Shown here piece after piece: positions 49,397 through 62,658 of a DNA stretch of 64,000 nucleotides. Origin of the DNA: Podarcis tiliguerta (Eukaryota). Numbering within the stretch: position 1 is the first letter of the stretch; each line of letters starts with the position of its first letter. The notes under the pieces were generated by a model, which saw only the letters and a list, made by a program, of their open reading frames with translations, was not told the origin of the DNA and did no database searches. Location: assembly GCA_965153285.1 (NCBI GenBank), contig OZ229116.1. One strand, given 5' to 3'. Position numbers and translations under genes: made by a program.

Positions 49397-50260
49397 CACT
49401 GTTTAAATGCACATAAAGCGCTTTTTCTTTACTAATGTAGCTGAGTCCCTTGTCATCCTTCCTCATAGGGGAGTTTCTCCATCCCCTTGGTCATTTTGGT
49501 TGCCCTGTTCTGGATCTTTTCCAGCTCTACAACATTCCCTTTCAAGTGATGCAACCAGAATTGTTCACAGCATTCCAGGTGTGGTGAAACCACAGGTGTG
49601 TATAATAATGGCACTGCAGTAGTGGCAGTTTTATTTTCTCTTCCTTTCCTAATCATCCTTAACATGGAGCATCCCAGTTTCCATCCCCAGCTTTCCCAAT
49701 AAAGCTGGGATCAAGGGTGCCAACCTGAATAAAATATTGGGGGTGGGGGGCAGGTAAGCCCCACCCTGTATAATTGATCACATGACACAGTGCACACACA
49801 TCATCATACAGTGATGGAAAAATGTAGAATTAATATTGGCCCCTACTTGAATGATGTTAGCACTGTCAGCTTGTGGAGTTCCCTTTTGCCAATAAAAGTA
49901 GAGGGGATTGTCCAACTAGCCATTTGCTACTATGGGCAGGTTTTCGAAAGTGGCCTATTTAGTGTTGTAGACACGCCTCCTGAAAAGAGTTGTCCAATTT
50001 ATAAACAGAACAGGCCTTGTTCGTACATGTCTGCTGCTGTAGCGTTGGATATACACACATACTAAGAGCGCAATTCCATGTGGTTGTGGTGTAAGAGTGA
50101 ATAACAGATCAATGTTGTGATCATCACATGGGTCTACCCATCCAATGGGCAATGTGGCCCCGGTCACATAGATCTTTTCCACCCAATCACCGTCTTCCCT
50201 CTAAACTGGACAGCAATTAGATGAGGGAGATCCATGCAGATTGCCCGACTCATACAGTTG

Positions 50261-50265
<5 letters not shown>

Positions 50266-50298
<33 letters not shown>
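50266..50298. repeat. (CA)n microsatellite
   Basis: Direct read. Others at ~53113-53145 and ~56174-56195. Confidence 0.95.
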
Positions 50299-50299
<1 letters not shown>

Positions 50300-51068
50300 A
50301 GCATCAAGAATTGTTTCCCATATCACTGGGTGTGAAGGGGCCTATTGCCTCTGGGTCAAGGTGCTGATGTGATGGAAGTTTTCATTATTCCATAATTTGC
50401 TGCTCTGATTCTGAACCCAGCATTTTCCCTTTATGACACAGGATAAAAATGTTATCAGCCTATAAATTACCTAAAAATGAAACGAGCTTTAATGCCTCAG
50501 ACCCACACAAAAACAATATGAAAATATTGCAAGGGGTGTAATTTTAAACCCTCAAAAGCAGGAGATTTTAAAATTAAGCAAGGAATTCCAGCCTGGCGTT
50601 CGGACCTATGAACGTACCGTCTTTTGCATTTCAAGTCACTCTGTTCTATCACGTAAATGCGCTTTGATGATATTTGCAAAACACATAGTGGTAACTCTGG
50701 CTTATTTCATTCCCATCAAGAGGTTTCACCACGGTAATATGAGGCTGAGCCATAAACCATCATTTCCAGAGACATCATCACTGGCCAATGCTGAAACGTT
50801 AAACTGATTGTTTTCCCTTTCTTTCAATAAAGAAAGTGCTTCTCAAGCCTGAGACATTAAGAGCACGTTTGTTTCACAATAAGGGAGTGGAGGGTTTTTC
50901 ACGCAATACTCAGAAATCATCGTTCGCCAACTTAGTGCCCTCCAGAAGTTTTGGACTCCCTTCAGCCAACTCATTGAGGGAAGGAGCCCAGACCCTATTT
51001 TCCAGGGAAGTTCCTGATATAGAGGTCGTCCCGGTTTCTGATTTGATCCTGGAATGTCCCACTTTTCC

Positions 51069-51509
51069 TTGTTGTTGTTGTCGTTTAGTCGTGTCCGACT
51101 CTCCGTGACCCCATGGACCAGAGCACGCCAGGCACTTCTGTCTTCCACTCAAACTGATGCTGGGAGCTTCGAGAACACTGTCCAACCATCTTGCCCTCTG
51201 TTGTCCCCTTCTCCTTGCGCCCTCCATCTTTCCCAACATCAGGGTCTTTTCCAGGGAGTCTTCTCTTCTCATGAGGTGGCCAAAGTATTGGAGCCTCAGC
51301 TTCACGATCTGTCCTTCCAGTGAGCATTCAGGGCTGATTTCCTTCAGAATGGAGAGGTTTGATCTTCTTGCAGTCCATGGGACTTTCAAGAGTCTCCTCC
51401 AGCACCAGAATTCAAAAGCATCAATTCTTCGGCGATCAGCCTTCTTTATGGTCCAGCTCTCACTTCCATATATCACTACTGGGAAAACCATAGTTTTTAC
51501 TATACGGAC
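51069..51509 (-). mobile_element. BovB LINE 3' fragment
   Basis: MVFPVVIYGSESWTIKKADRRRIDAFEFWCWRRLLKVPWTARRSNLSILKEISPECSLEG...; (CAA)n tail; small internal deletion. Confidence 0.96.
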
Positions 51510-52685
51510 TAACCAATCTGCTTCCTTTCCCAGCCATTCTCAGACTTTGAGCATCTGGATAAAGTTGATACACCAGTCAGGCTCAATTTCTGTTCTGTCG
51601 TAAACAGGACATTATGTATGCTGCTTGCACATTTTCTACCTCTTTTTGGCAGCCCCTTTTATGAAGAGTCAGGTTCTTCATTTTCCTAGTTGATGTTCAG
51701 ACCATGATGCTTTCTCTTTATTTTTAAACGCCTTTATTTATGGCGTTTATCCATGGGAATTAAGATTTGACACCATACCGTACGAAAGGGAGCACCTAGA
51801 TTGCTTAGCTTCCTGCTCCCTTAGATGGATCTTCATGCCCAAATCAACCTAGGAGAGGGGAGAGGAATCCTTTTCAGCCCTGGGACAACACTGAAAGGGA
51901 ACGAGAATTTTGCTGTGGCCACACACCAATGACGATGCAAAAGTGAGAGTCACAACAAATGTAAATTTTGCCTTTGTAGGCTAGTTTCTTCACAGACTCT
52001 CACCCTCGTCACTATCTTCCGCAGAGGTGAAAACACTCAGGATGCATAGCAAGGTCAGTGGGGTGCCTGGCCTGGGGAGATGGGCGAGTGGCCCACAGAG
52101 AGTTGCAAGGCCACATTTGGCACCCAGGCCAGATGTTCCCTAACCTAGGAGAACTTAGAACGCAGACAGGGGCAGATACATGTGGCTCAGGCCCTAACAA
52201 AGTCCTTTTCGATACCCCTTGTTTGTTTCAAGCTTTCAGAGACACAGACTCCAGGTTTGCTTTTGTGCACCATGTAGCTAAACATCGGGTGGTGGCAGCT
52301 GAAGTTAAAATAGCTCCTGCTATCTTATGGGCTTGGACCGACCAAGAGAACTGGTTTTGAGGCTACGATGGCAAGAGACCTCCACATAAGCAAAAGCAGT
52401 TTGTTTAGCACCTACTATTGCGTTACTGCTTCTCGGGATACATAATGTTGGCTCATTTCTATAAACTTCACCACGGATTAAAATAGACATGAACTGTGTT
52501 CTAACAGTTCTCTGCTTTTTCTTTTGAAATGTCCTTTAAGCTAAAAGCAGGATCGTTTTAGTAGTTAAAAGGAATGTTGAAAATGGACCACGGTGAGCAA
52601 TTAAAAATGCTGTTTTGAGCCCTGGTTTTCATTAGCTATATCCATGTGACCTTTCGTACTGATTAAGGGCTGCCCATAAACTTAC

Positions 52686-52818
52686 TGAGGAGGGGCTATG
52701 GTATCCTGAAGGCGCCACAGCCGTGTGGAACTCACGGTCTCCATGGCTTTGCGGCGGCCTGACTACCCTTTCTCCTCCTCTGGCTGCTCTTTTACAAGTT
52801 GAGAAGTTTGGTTCAGAT
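52686..52818 (-). other. Candidate exon containing a Kozak ATG
   Basis: Acceptor ttttgtgtgcag|, donor |gtaagt, gccATGG at 52744. Protein not recognised. Confidence 0.25.
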
Positions 52819-53111
52819 CTGCACACAAAAACTGGGATGCTTATGCAAACAACTTGGACTTACAAAATGGGAGATGGAAATCTCATGTTAAAAAACGATT
52901 TATTGGAAGATTTCTAATACTTCCTGCTTCTGTTTGGCCTGGAAGTGCCACAAGAACAATATTTCTTGTGGTGTTTGCAAATTCCAAACCTGGATGGAAC
53001 AAAAAAAGAAGTTGCGTACACTAATGGAAACTAAATTTTGGAACAACGCAGTTTGGGGGGCTCCACAAAATGTTTGTTCTGCATCCAGTCCAATCTGAGT
53101 CGATGGTGAAG

Positions 53112-53147
<36 letters not shown>

Positions 53148-53336
53148 TGACTCTTTTCTCAAAGAATGTAACCATTAACCATTCAAAGTGCAATCCTACA
53201 CATGTCTACCCAGATGTTTACCAACTAACAGCACAATACAAACCCTGTCTATCCAGAGGTAAGTCTGACTGAATTCAGTCAGTTAGGATTGCAGTTAGGC
53301 TGAGTTCCATGGGATTCACTTCCAGGTAAGTCAGTA

Positions 53337-53578
53337 CAGTGGTACCTTGGGTTACATACGCTTCAGGTTATATACGCTTCAGGTTACAGAGTCCGCTAAC
53401 CCAGAAATAGTGCTTCAGGTTAAGAACTTTGCTTCAGGATGAGAACAGAAATTGTGCTCCGGCGGTACGGCGGCAGCAGGAGGCCCCATTAGCTAAAGTG
53501 GTGCTTCAGGTTAAGAAGAGTTTCAGGTTAAGTACGAACCTCCGGAACAAATTAAGTACTTAACCTGAGGTACCACTG
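53337..53578. mobile_element. Tigger/pogo-like MITE family A
   Basis: cagtggtacct TIRs. TA TSD. Confidence 0.92.
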
Positions 53579-55362
53579 TATAAGATTCTATAGTTCAGCA
53601 GGCATGAACAATCTTTGACCCTCCAAATGATGCTGAACTACAGCTCCCATCATCCCTGATCATTGACCCTGCTGGCTGGGACGTATGGGAGTTGGAGTCC
53701 AACAGCATACAGTTGGCCACAGAGGTTCCCCACCCCTGACATAATGTCCTTCTGTGCATACTTCAATGAATGGGAGTAACACAAAACCTTAGCTGTGCCC
53801 TTGAGCAAGTCCCACACATTTCAGTGAGCATTGTACTGGAGACATTCCTGATGGATTGCACCCAGAGATTCCAGGCTGCAGCTAAAATCTAACAGAGTAC
53901 ATATTTAACATAAACTTACAATGAGGGGGTATAAATAAAATACAACACAACAAACTGGGAGCAATTATTTTGAGAATTTACTGCTTTTAATCCCCAAACA
54001 ATACTTAGAAGCCAACAAAACGAATAGGGAAGGTTTAGAAGAGAAAATGAAAGGTCAATTATAGGGGTGAAAAGTTCTTCTGAAAAGGTTGTTTTTATTA
54101 ATTTTTAGGTTTAAGATGACTAGGAATGCAGCATAATGAAGAAATCATTGGGATCGTAAAAACGTTTTCCCCCTCATGGGAGATTTTTCATGGGGTTCAT
54201 TTTTCTGCTGTCAAAAATGGGAGAGGCAAAAAAGAAAAGAAAAGGAATTATGCGTGTTTTGGATTTAAATAGAAATAGTTCTCCACATTTTGCCTATCTT
54301 CTTTTCCTGCCTTAAAAAACAAGGAAGCACAAATAAATATCCATTTCAAATTGTCCTTTATTTACACATATATTATCATCATCTTCTTCATCATTGTCGT
54401 CATCATTTACTAAGGATAGGACAAGTATTAAAAAACACAGACATATAAATAAATAAACCATGCCCATACCCCAAAGTGGCAACCCATTTTTTGTCATTTG
54501 TGGGACCCAACTCAGCTGATCCAGAAAACCTCCTTACCTTTTTGAAAAGGGTACTAGTAGCAGAGGACAAGAGAGCCTACAAAAACCACCTGAGGCCTGG
54601 ACAATATCCCTGGCGAATATTCACAAATCACCTCAAGGTTCTCTGAGTATTCTACCAGGAATGTTTGTGGAAGTCTCATAGTTTTTGAGGCCACCAGGGA
54701 GTTGTTCTCTCACATCCATTATTCAATGGAGTACCCTTCCCAACCAGCATTGATAATGGGCTTGGATGATGGGAGTTGTAGTCTAACAATATCGGGGGGG
54801 GGCACCATCTTAGGGAAGGCTGCTATAGAGAGAATGGCTTACATGACTCCAGAAAAATATAACTTTACATAAGGGTGGTGATACTTCTAATGCTCTTCTG
54901 AATTTCTTCCTGGATTTTGGAGTTCTGAGCTACCTGGTTTTGGTTGCTTCTGTGTTAGATTTAGTGTCCAGACACACTGCTTTCCTCATCCAAGGGTGAG
55001 GAACCTGTGGACCTCCAGGTACTGTTGGACTCCAACTCCCATCAGCCCCAACCAGTAAGGTTGACAATCAGGGAGGAAGAGAGCTGTAGTCTAGTAACAT
55101 TTGGAGGCCCAAAGGTTCCTTAATCAGTTGCAAACTACATAAGTAGTCCTCAGTGAAAACTGGTGGTTCCACATAGTGCTTAATATAATGATATAGCCCT
55201 TATTTTTAAAAAAATCCTAGCAATTCCCATTCACATGGGCAAGATTGTGTTTTTACTCAGAAGTCCCATTAGATTTATTCCCTAGAAAACGAGCTTAGGG
55301 CTGCAGCCTTCAGTTGGTGGATATATCCCTACTTCCCACAGAAGTGTCCAGGGCTGACTCCC

Positions 55363-55532
55363 AAGAACATAGGAAGCTGGCTTATACCAAGTCAGACCAT
55401 TGGTCCATCTATCTCAGTAATGTCTACACTGACTGGCAGCAGCTCTCCAAGATTTCAGCCGGAGATGCCAAGGACTGGATCTGGGGCCTTCTGCATGAAT
55501 AGCAGATGCACAAATCACTGAACTATGGCTCT
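55363..55532 (-). mobile_element. tRNA-derived SINE with CR1-type tail (internally deleted)
   Basis: gaacataggaagctg..cttatacc..gtcagaccattggtccatcta motif. Confidence 0.75.
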
Positions 55533-55847
55533 TTGCTTCTATTCACCTAGCACTGTACTGCCCTCCCCAATTTGCAATGCTATATATTGTGCCCAGAGAA
55601 AGAAGGTTGGGTGGGGGCATGAGAAGAGGGCTGCTTCTGCTGCACTGTTTCCATGAACACCCATGCGCCTACAATAAGAGAGAGGTGGGAATTCTTGTGC
55701 GCTTATGCCAAACTGTGTTGATGCCAAGTCTTTTTAAAATTGCATCTTCCTGCATCACCTGTTGTTAAATGTGGACAGGGGGAATTAAAACATGATCTAG
55801 AACATGTATTCCGCCCCCGCCCCCCCCCCAAAAAATGTTCACCTGTA

Positions 55848-56089
55848 CAGTGGTACCTTAGGTTAAGTACTTAATTCGTTCCGGAGGTCTGTACTTAACC
55901 TGAAACTGTTCTTAACCTGAAGCACCAGTTTAGCTAATGGGGCCTCCTGCTGCTGCCGCGCCGCCAGAGCACGATTTCTGTTCTCATTCTGAAGCAAAGT
56001 TCTTAACCTGAAGCACTATTTCTGTGTTAGCGGAGTCTGTAACCTGAAGCGCATGTAACCTGAAGCATACGTAACTCAAGGTACCACTG
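55848..56089. mobile_element. Tigger/pogo-like MITE family A
   Basis: cagtggtacct TIRs. TA TSD. Opposite orientation to 53337. Confidence 0.92.
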
Positions 56090-56940
56090 TATACACTTGA
56101 AAGTGATTATTTTGTTGTGCACAAGCTACCACAGCATAAAACAGAATGGAAAAGGGTGGCCTTTGAATGAACAACACACACACACACACACACACAGCAT
56201 GTGCTTGCTGAGAGAGCTGCAAATTCTCTCTCACTTTCTGGTTCCAACCTTGCTCTTTGGTCCATTACCACATCCCCCCTTGAACTCAAATGAACTTCCA
56301 CAGCGAATGACGCCAAATGGGCAGTCAAAGGATTCTGTGGCTACGGCCGTACATTTGTCCAAGCTCTTGCCTTTGAATGCCCAATACTCCTTTTTCTTTT
56401 GCTTGTCACTGAAACCATCTTAACTTTTAGGGACGCTTAGACGGTAGACATATGTAATAAAATCCTGACAGGTTTTTTTTAAAAAAATGAAAAGCAACCT
56501 TGGAAGGCTGCAAGTTTGAATGCAGTGGGGAGCATGAGGAGCTTAATCCATTCCCCACAACCCTTTAGCCCCTGGCTCAGAATTACCTCTTCCCCACATT
56601 GCTTGCCATCTCTCTATGGGGTCCTAGAGTCATTGGCTTGGGCGAGGGCATACTGCCATTCCCCTGCTTTTGCTGGAAGGAGAGCGCTGATAGCAACTAG
56701 GCCCTTTGAAAGCATGAATCCAGGCGCCCCCATTTCTGCTGCCAAATTTGTCTACCAGTTCTAGAAGAAAGCCTGTAGCAGATTGATTTAAAGGGGGGCA
56801 GAGAATCAGGGAACTTGCGTAGTGGCAGTGTTAGAAACTCAGATATATATGGTAGGCGCCAAGCGGTTCCTCAAACCAGGGTTACAGTCACAAAAACAGA
56901 ATGCCTAGTTGCCATTTTTAGGCCAGACAGCTCGGAATTA

Positions 56941-57308
56941 CAGTGGTGCCTCGCAAGACGAAAAGTATCCGTTCTGTGAGTCTCTTTGTCTAGCGGTTTT
57001 TTCGTCTTGAAAGCAAGCCCATTAGCGGATTAGCGGATTAGCGCGATTAGCGGTTTAGCGGCTATTAGCGGCTATTAAAGGCTATTAAAGGCTATTAAAG
57101 GCTTAAGGGATTAGCGGATTAGCTGCTAAAAGGCTATTAGCAGTTTAGTGCCTTAGAAAAAGGGGGTGGGGAGCGGAAAAAAAACCCCAGGAATCGCAAG
57201 ACATTTTCGTCTTGCGAAGCAAGCCCATAGCAAATTCATCCTGCGAAGCACCTCCAAAACGGAAAACCCTTTCGTCTAGCGGGTTTTCCGTCTTGCGAGG
57301 CACCACTG
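56941..57308. mobile_element. Tigger/pogo-like MITE family B
   Basis: cagtggtgcctcgcaagacg TIRs. TA TSD. Confidence 0.92.
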
Positions 57309-57955
57309 TAGTACTTTTCAATACGACTTTTTGGTTCCTGAAATTCATTCTGACAGTGCAGATAAAATATAATTGATGGGATTATACAGGATGTGTTGCT
57401 AGTGTGTGAAAACAGTCAAGAGCCAAGGTTCCCCAGGCATGCACCTCCAGATGGTGGAGAGGTCAGGCATCATCCTGGCTCCCAGGCATCTTCACTTGGT
57501 TGCAAGTGGCCAGTACCCAGTTGCAAAATGCGCCTGGCGAATTTTGAATGCTGAGCAAAATTCCCCAACCTTTTTGGCTCCACTAGCATATTTGCAAACC
57601 AGAGAAACTGTTGTGGCCACCAGACACGTACAACAACCTATGTTACCGACCCTCTATAATGGTCAAGGTGCTCCTAATGCTCTCCTTTTCCAAATTCCTC
57701 CTTGGATTGTACCATTCTCTGAGCTACCTATTCTCAGCTGCTTCCAGACTGGAACCATATCGGACTGCAGTGGCATTGCTTTCCCTTAATCTGGAGGTGG
57801 GGAACCTGTGGTTTTCCAGATGCAGTGACAGCATCAGCCCCAGCCAGCATGGCCAATGGTCAGCAATGAGTGGAATAGTAGCTCAACAGCATGCCGATTC
57901 CCCTGTGACAGCTCTTGTCCTAATTTCCTAAAACCATGAAATTGACCGTCATCTA

Positions 57956-58170
57956 CAGTGGTACCTCGGGTTAAGAACTTAATTCATTCTGGAGGTCCGT
58001 TCTTAACCTGAAACTGTTCTTAACCTGAGGTACCACTTTAGCTAATGGGGACTCCTGCTGCCACCACACGATTTCTGTTCTCATCCTGCAGCAAAGTTCT
58101 TAACCTGAGGTACTATTTCTGGGTTAGCGGAGTCTGTAACCTGAAGCGTCTGTGACCCGAGGTACCACTG
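57956..58170. mobile_element. Tigger/pogo-like MITE family A (short variant)
   Basis: cagtggtacctcgggt TIRs. TA TSD. Confidence 0.92.
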
Positions 58171-59173
58171 TATTTACTTGTTCCATCTGATAACGTTCAC
58201 AACTATATTGGCTGGTATGGGAGTACAGAAATCAGCTTTAATTAAGAATTAGGAAGAGAGCTTTCCCAAGAGCCTGCAAGTGAGACTCCCTGCTTGCTCC
58301 CTCCATTGCCTTTGCACAGCCTGCAAGCAAGCCACCTTCGCTGGATCACAGCCTGTCCCCCTGCGACGGCAGAAATTTGATCTCGCTGCTATAGGCAGAA
58401 ATGTTCATCTGTGCAGCAAGACAAGAGGTCCTCCTGACAACCCAATTAGTTGATGGGATCAGGCAGCCCGAATTTGAAGAAACCTCCGCAAATGTTTTTG
58501 GCTCCTTGGGTTGTTGTTTTTTCTTTGGCTCTGAATCACTCACTAGTTCTTAAAAAGAGAAGGATAAGTCTATGTTCTCTCTCGGGTCTTACATACCGTA
58601 TTTTGTATCAACTTACTTTCTCATCCCTACCAACCACAGTGGAGAAAAGTAGCTTCATTTAATTGGAGACATACTCTTTGCTCATTAGCCAAATGTCCTG
58701 GTAAATATAGGCCTACCAGAAAGACTGAACCAATTATTAATATTTTAAAGAGAAATCCTGGCTTGCTGCTAGCAACTGAAATGCAAGCCAAGCGCTGAAG
58801 GTGACTCTATACATATGGGGAGAGAGACACATGTAAAATAATATAAGGTTACTGGGACTGCTAGAAAGCCAGGCCAAAGTATTGTCATTGCTCTGGCTCT
58901 CTAATGCTGGAAACGGACAAAGAAGCCAAGACTAGGCACACCACTCCAGCCTTCACCCACTTTGCTTTCCTCTTGTCTGCCTCTCAGGTTTGCTCAGTGC
59001 AAAACAGCCCACTGGATCTCAGTCCACTCTAGTCTGCTCCTTCGCCATGCAAAGGTTTGTTGACCCCCAGCTCAGGGACAGGGAACGTTTTTCAGCTCAT
59101 GGGCTGCATTCCTTCGTAAGCCGTCTTCCATAGGGCACATGCCAGTGGTGCATGGGCCACAACCAAAAGTGGG

Positions 59174-59616
59174 ATAGAATCATAGAATTGCAGAGTTAGA
59201 AGAGACCCAGAGGGTCATCTCGTCCAACCGCCTGCAATGCAGGAATCTCAACTAAAGAGCCAGTGTGGTGTAATGGTTAAAAGCGGTAGTCTCGTAATCT
59301 GGTGAACCAGGTTCGCATCTCCGCTCCTCCACATGCAGCTGCTGGGTGACCTTGGGCCAGTCACACTTCTTTGAAGTCTCTCAGCCTCACTCACCTCACA
59401 GAGTGTTTGTTGTGGGGGAGGAAGGGAAAGGAGATTGTTAGCCACTTTGAGACTCCTTCGGGTAGTGATAAAGCGGGATATCAAATCCAAACACTTCCTC
59501 TTCTCTTCTAAAGCATCTATGACAGGCGGTCATCCAAGCTCTGCTTGAAAATCTCCAATGAAGGAAAGTCCACAACCTCCAGAGGGAATCTATTCCATTG
59601 TTGGACAGCTCTTACT
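59174..59616 (-). mobile_element. CR1 3' end interrupted by a Squam3-type SINE
   Basis: atagaatcatagaat is the (ATTCTATG)n CR1 tail. The CR1 sequence resumes after the SINE. Confidence 0.85.
59258..59507 (+). mobile_element. Squam3-type SINE
   Basis: Homologous to 30724-30989. TSD ctaaag (59252-59257, 59508-59513). Confidence 0.88.
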
Positions 59617-59965
59617 TTTGTTGTTGCTGCTGATATTGTTATTTGCAAAAAGACTCTAGGAGACTTACAATTTAACGTAGGTAAACAGAATGCAATTTAC
59701 AGCAAACTCAAAAATACCTAACTCTAAAAGAGTATTTGTTTATTAAGTTTATGTTCAATAAATGTTTCTCTTACCTGTGCACAATAGGCAGTGTTCCACC
59801 CATGCAAAAGTCAGAGATTTCTACACACAACACACAAACATAGCAATCTTCTATCCAGGCAAGCAAGAGGCATTATCTCAGTACAATCAGGTCCAGCCAC
59901 CAGGCATCTTGGTATTCATTTGGTATGGTGCCAAACAAGTAAGAAGTGGAAGAAGTAGGTAGTAT

Positions 59966-60377
59966 GAGGGATGGGGGACAAATTTGTTTCAGTTCACATT
60001 TAAAAGTGAGCCTAGCTGATCTGCACATTCTGAAAAAAAAATGTGCAAACTAAAACACAGCCATTCTTCAAAATTCATACTTCTCTGAATTTTGCAATGC
60101 CAAGTCTTGCATATTTTTGTAACATGTATATAAAAATATGTGTACTCAGAGAAATTACATTTGAACACTTGTTATATTACAAATGTTGCAAACATGTGGA
60201 TCTAAGACAAATCTGCAATCAAACCTGTGTATACCAGTTGCAATTTGTGCTAAAACATTGGTAAATTTTCATTAGGTCTTTTTTTAATTTATTTTTTAAG
60301 GCAAAGTGATGTGGAAATGTGGAGAACTGAAGACTGGAAAAGTGAGAAGCTTAAATTGGCAGGTTTGTTCTTCCCTT
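59966..60377. mobile_element. hAT-like TAGGGATGGG family, copy 6
   Basis: gagggatggg...ttcttccctt ends. TSD ggtagtat / ggtagcac. Confidence 0.78.
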
Positions 60378-61318
60378 GGTAGCACAACTTCCAACCTGGT
60401 CAGACCTTCCACCAAATGGCTGAGTTGTAATGGCTTGTTTCAAGGGGAGACTTCTGTAGCATACACATAAACAAGGCTTGACAGCACAGCTTGCTTGTTG
60501 TTCTGTGTGACCAAAAGCTATTTACCATTAGCTAAGACTGGAGAGAGAGTGGAAAATCCACTCAGAAAAACATGACCCTCGTAAAGTGGCAAGTTGATCA
60601 GCATCTAAAAGTCTCTTTCTTCCAAAACACCCATAGCCAGGATATGCAACAATTATATTCTGGTTTACTCAGTTGAAATCCATTGTACTCATAAAATTCA
60701 AGGTTGTAACCACATTTGTTTTTATCACTGAGAAGCTATTATTAAATATTTAGGGAGGGGAAGTGTTTTTGTTTCTCCCCGCTCATGGGAACACCCAAGA
60801 GCATCTTTTTTTCATAACTTTAAATCTTGATTAGTGCCCAAAGCCAACAAAACCACTAATCCCACTATTGAAAGGAAATTGGACATCATAAAGAGGGCTT
60901 GCTATGTATTGGAGATGGATGATGAATTACTACTTCCATCCTGCAGACTCTTAGTGGCTTTTTTATGCCAAAATAAGAACATTAGGGGTTTGATGGAAAA
61001 ATCAGGTGTGGTTTTGGTTTTTCAAAACCTCATACTTTTGAGGCTTGGCTTTGCCGGTGCCAAGCCAGGGCTGTTTTGGATGTAAGTTTCATTTTCTTTC
61101 ACATCCTTAAAAATAAAAATCAGAATAAGGATGAGGATGGTGAAGATGAGGACTGCCAGCTTTCTTTCTGGCAGGGCTTCTTTGAACAGCTGAGCTTCAG
61201 GTAGAAATTAAAAGCCTAAGCTGTGTGAAAAAAGAGACAAGCAATTGTGTGGCAGAGAGAGAAACATCTTGGGGACGTCTGCTGGAGCGCCTGAGTTCCG
61301 AGTCATAAACATGATTGT

Positions 61319-61676
61319 GTAAGGTAAAGGTAAAGGGACCCCTGACCATTAGGTCCAGTCGTGACAGACTCTGGGGTTGTGGCGCTCATCTCGCTTTATT
61401 GGCCGAGGGAGCCAGCGTACAGCTTCCGGGTCATGTGGCCAGCATGACTAAGCAGCTTCTGGCGAACCAGAGCAGCGCACGGAAACGCCGTTTACCTTCC
61501 CACCAGAGCGGTACCTATTTATCTACTTGCACTTTGACATGCTTTTGAACTGCTAGGTTGGCAGGAGCAGGGACCGAGCAACAGGAGCTCACCCCATCAC
61601 GGGGATTTGAACCATCAACCTTCTGATTGGCAAGTCCTAGGCTCTGTGGTTTAACCCACAGGGCCACCCGTGTCCC
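61319..61676 (-). mobile_element. Sauria SINE
   Basis: Near-identical to 12627-12979. (ACCTTT)n tail. Confidence 0.95.
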
Positions 61677-61691
61677 TTAGAAGCTGACTTA

Positions 61692-62048
61692 CAGTGGTGC
61701 CCCGCAAGACAAATGCCTCGCAAGATGGAAAACCCGCTAGACGAAAGGGTTTTCCATTTTGGAGGTGCTTCGCAGGACGAATTTCTCTATGGGCTTGCTT
61801 CACTAGACGAAAATGTCTTGCGATTCCTGGGGGGGGGATTTCGCTCCCCACCCCCCTTTTCTAAGGCACTAAGCTGCTAATAGCCTTTTAGCAGCTAATC
61901 CGCTAATCCCTTAAACCTTTAATAGCCGCTAATAGCACTAATAGCGCTAATCCGCTAATCCGCTAATGGGCTTGCTTCGCAAGACGAAAAAACCGCTAGA
62001 CGAAGAGACTCACGGAACGGATTCTTTTCGTCTTGCGAGGCACCACTG
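61692..62048. mobile_element. Tigger/pogo-like MITE family B
   Basis: Very similar to 12254-12619. TA TSD. Confidence 0.93.
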
Positions 62049-62275
62049 TATATTGAATTGGACCATTAAGCCATAACTGGCAGTGACTCTCCTGGACTTC
62101 AAACACAGTTCTCTCCCAGCCCTACCTGGAAGTGCCAGGGACTAAACCAGACAGCTTTTGTATGCAAGAAAGAGGCTCTACCACTGAGCCATGGTCCCTT
62201 GCCTAGGACCTGAGTGCAAGAGCATTCTCCTGAGTGCCATTTCCAGCAACAGGCATGGTCCCTCCAACACTGGAA

Positions 62276-62658
62276 GTAAAGGTAAAAAAGGTAGAGGACC
62301 CCTGGATGGTTAAGTCCAGTCAAAGGCGACTATGGGGTTGCAGGGCTCATCTCGCTTTCAGGCCGAGAAAGCCAGCATTTGTCCACAGACAGCTTTCCAG
62401 GTCATGTAGCCAGCATGACTAAACTGCTTCTGGCGCAGCAGAACATCATGATGGAAACTAGAGCGCATGGAAACGCCATTTACCTTCCCACTGCAGCAAT
62501 AACTATTTATCTACTTGCACTGGCGTGCTTTCGAACTGCTAGGTTGGCAGGAGCTGGGACCGAGCAACAGGAGCTCACCCCATTGAGGGGATTTGAACCA
62601 CTGACCTTCTGATCGGCAAGCCCAAGAGGCTCTGTGGTTTAGACCACACTGCCACCCA
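62276..62658 (-). mobile_element. Sauria SINE (older subfamily)
   Basis: Same architecture as the other copies but more diverged. Confidence 0.9.

Larger units (their letters stand above)
48905..49665 (-). mobile_element. CR1 ORF2 fragment interrupted by two MITEs
   Basis: PLLY..VSPHLECCEQFW..ELEKIQNRATKMTKGMEKLPYEE continues past the inserts as EKRQVRGDMVEMHRILHSLGKVNREEFF. Confidence 0.88.

Noticed and set aside
50497-50679. CpG-containing 60-aa minus-strand ORF
   Set aside because: No splice acceptor or ATG context and no recognisable product.
50910-51603. Longest ORFs in the window (193 aa minus, 148 aa plus)
   Set aside because: BovB RT remnant and its antisense shadow, not host genes.
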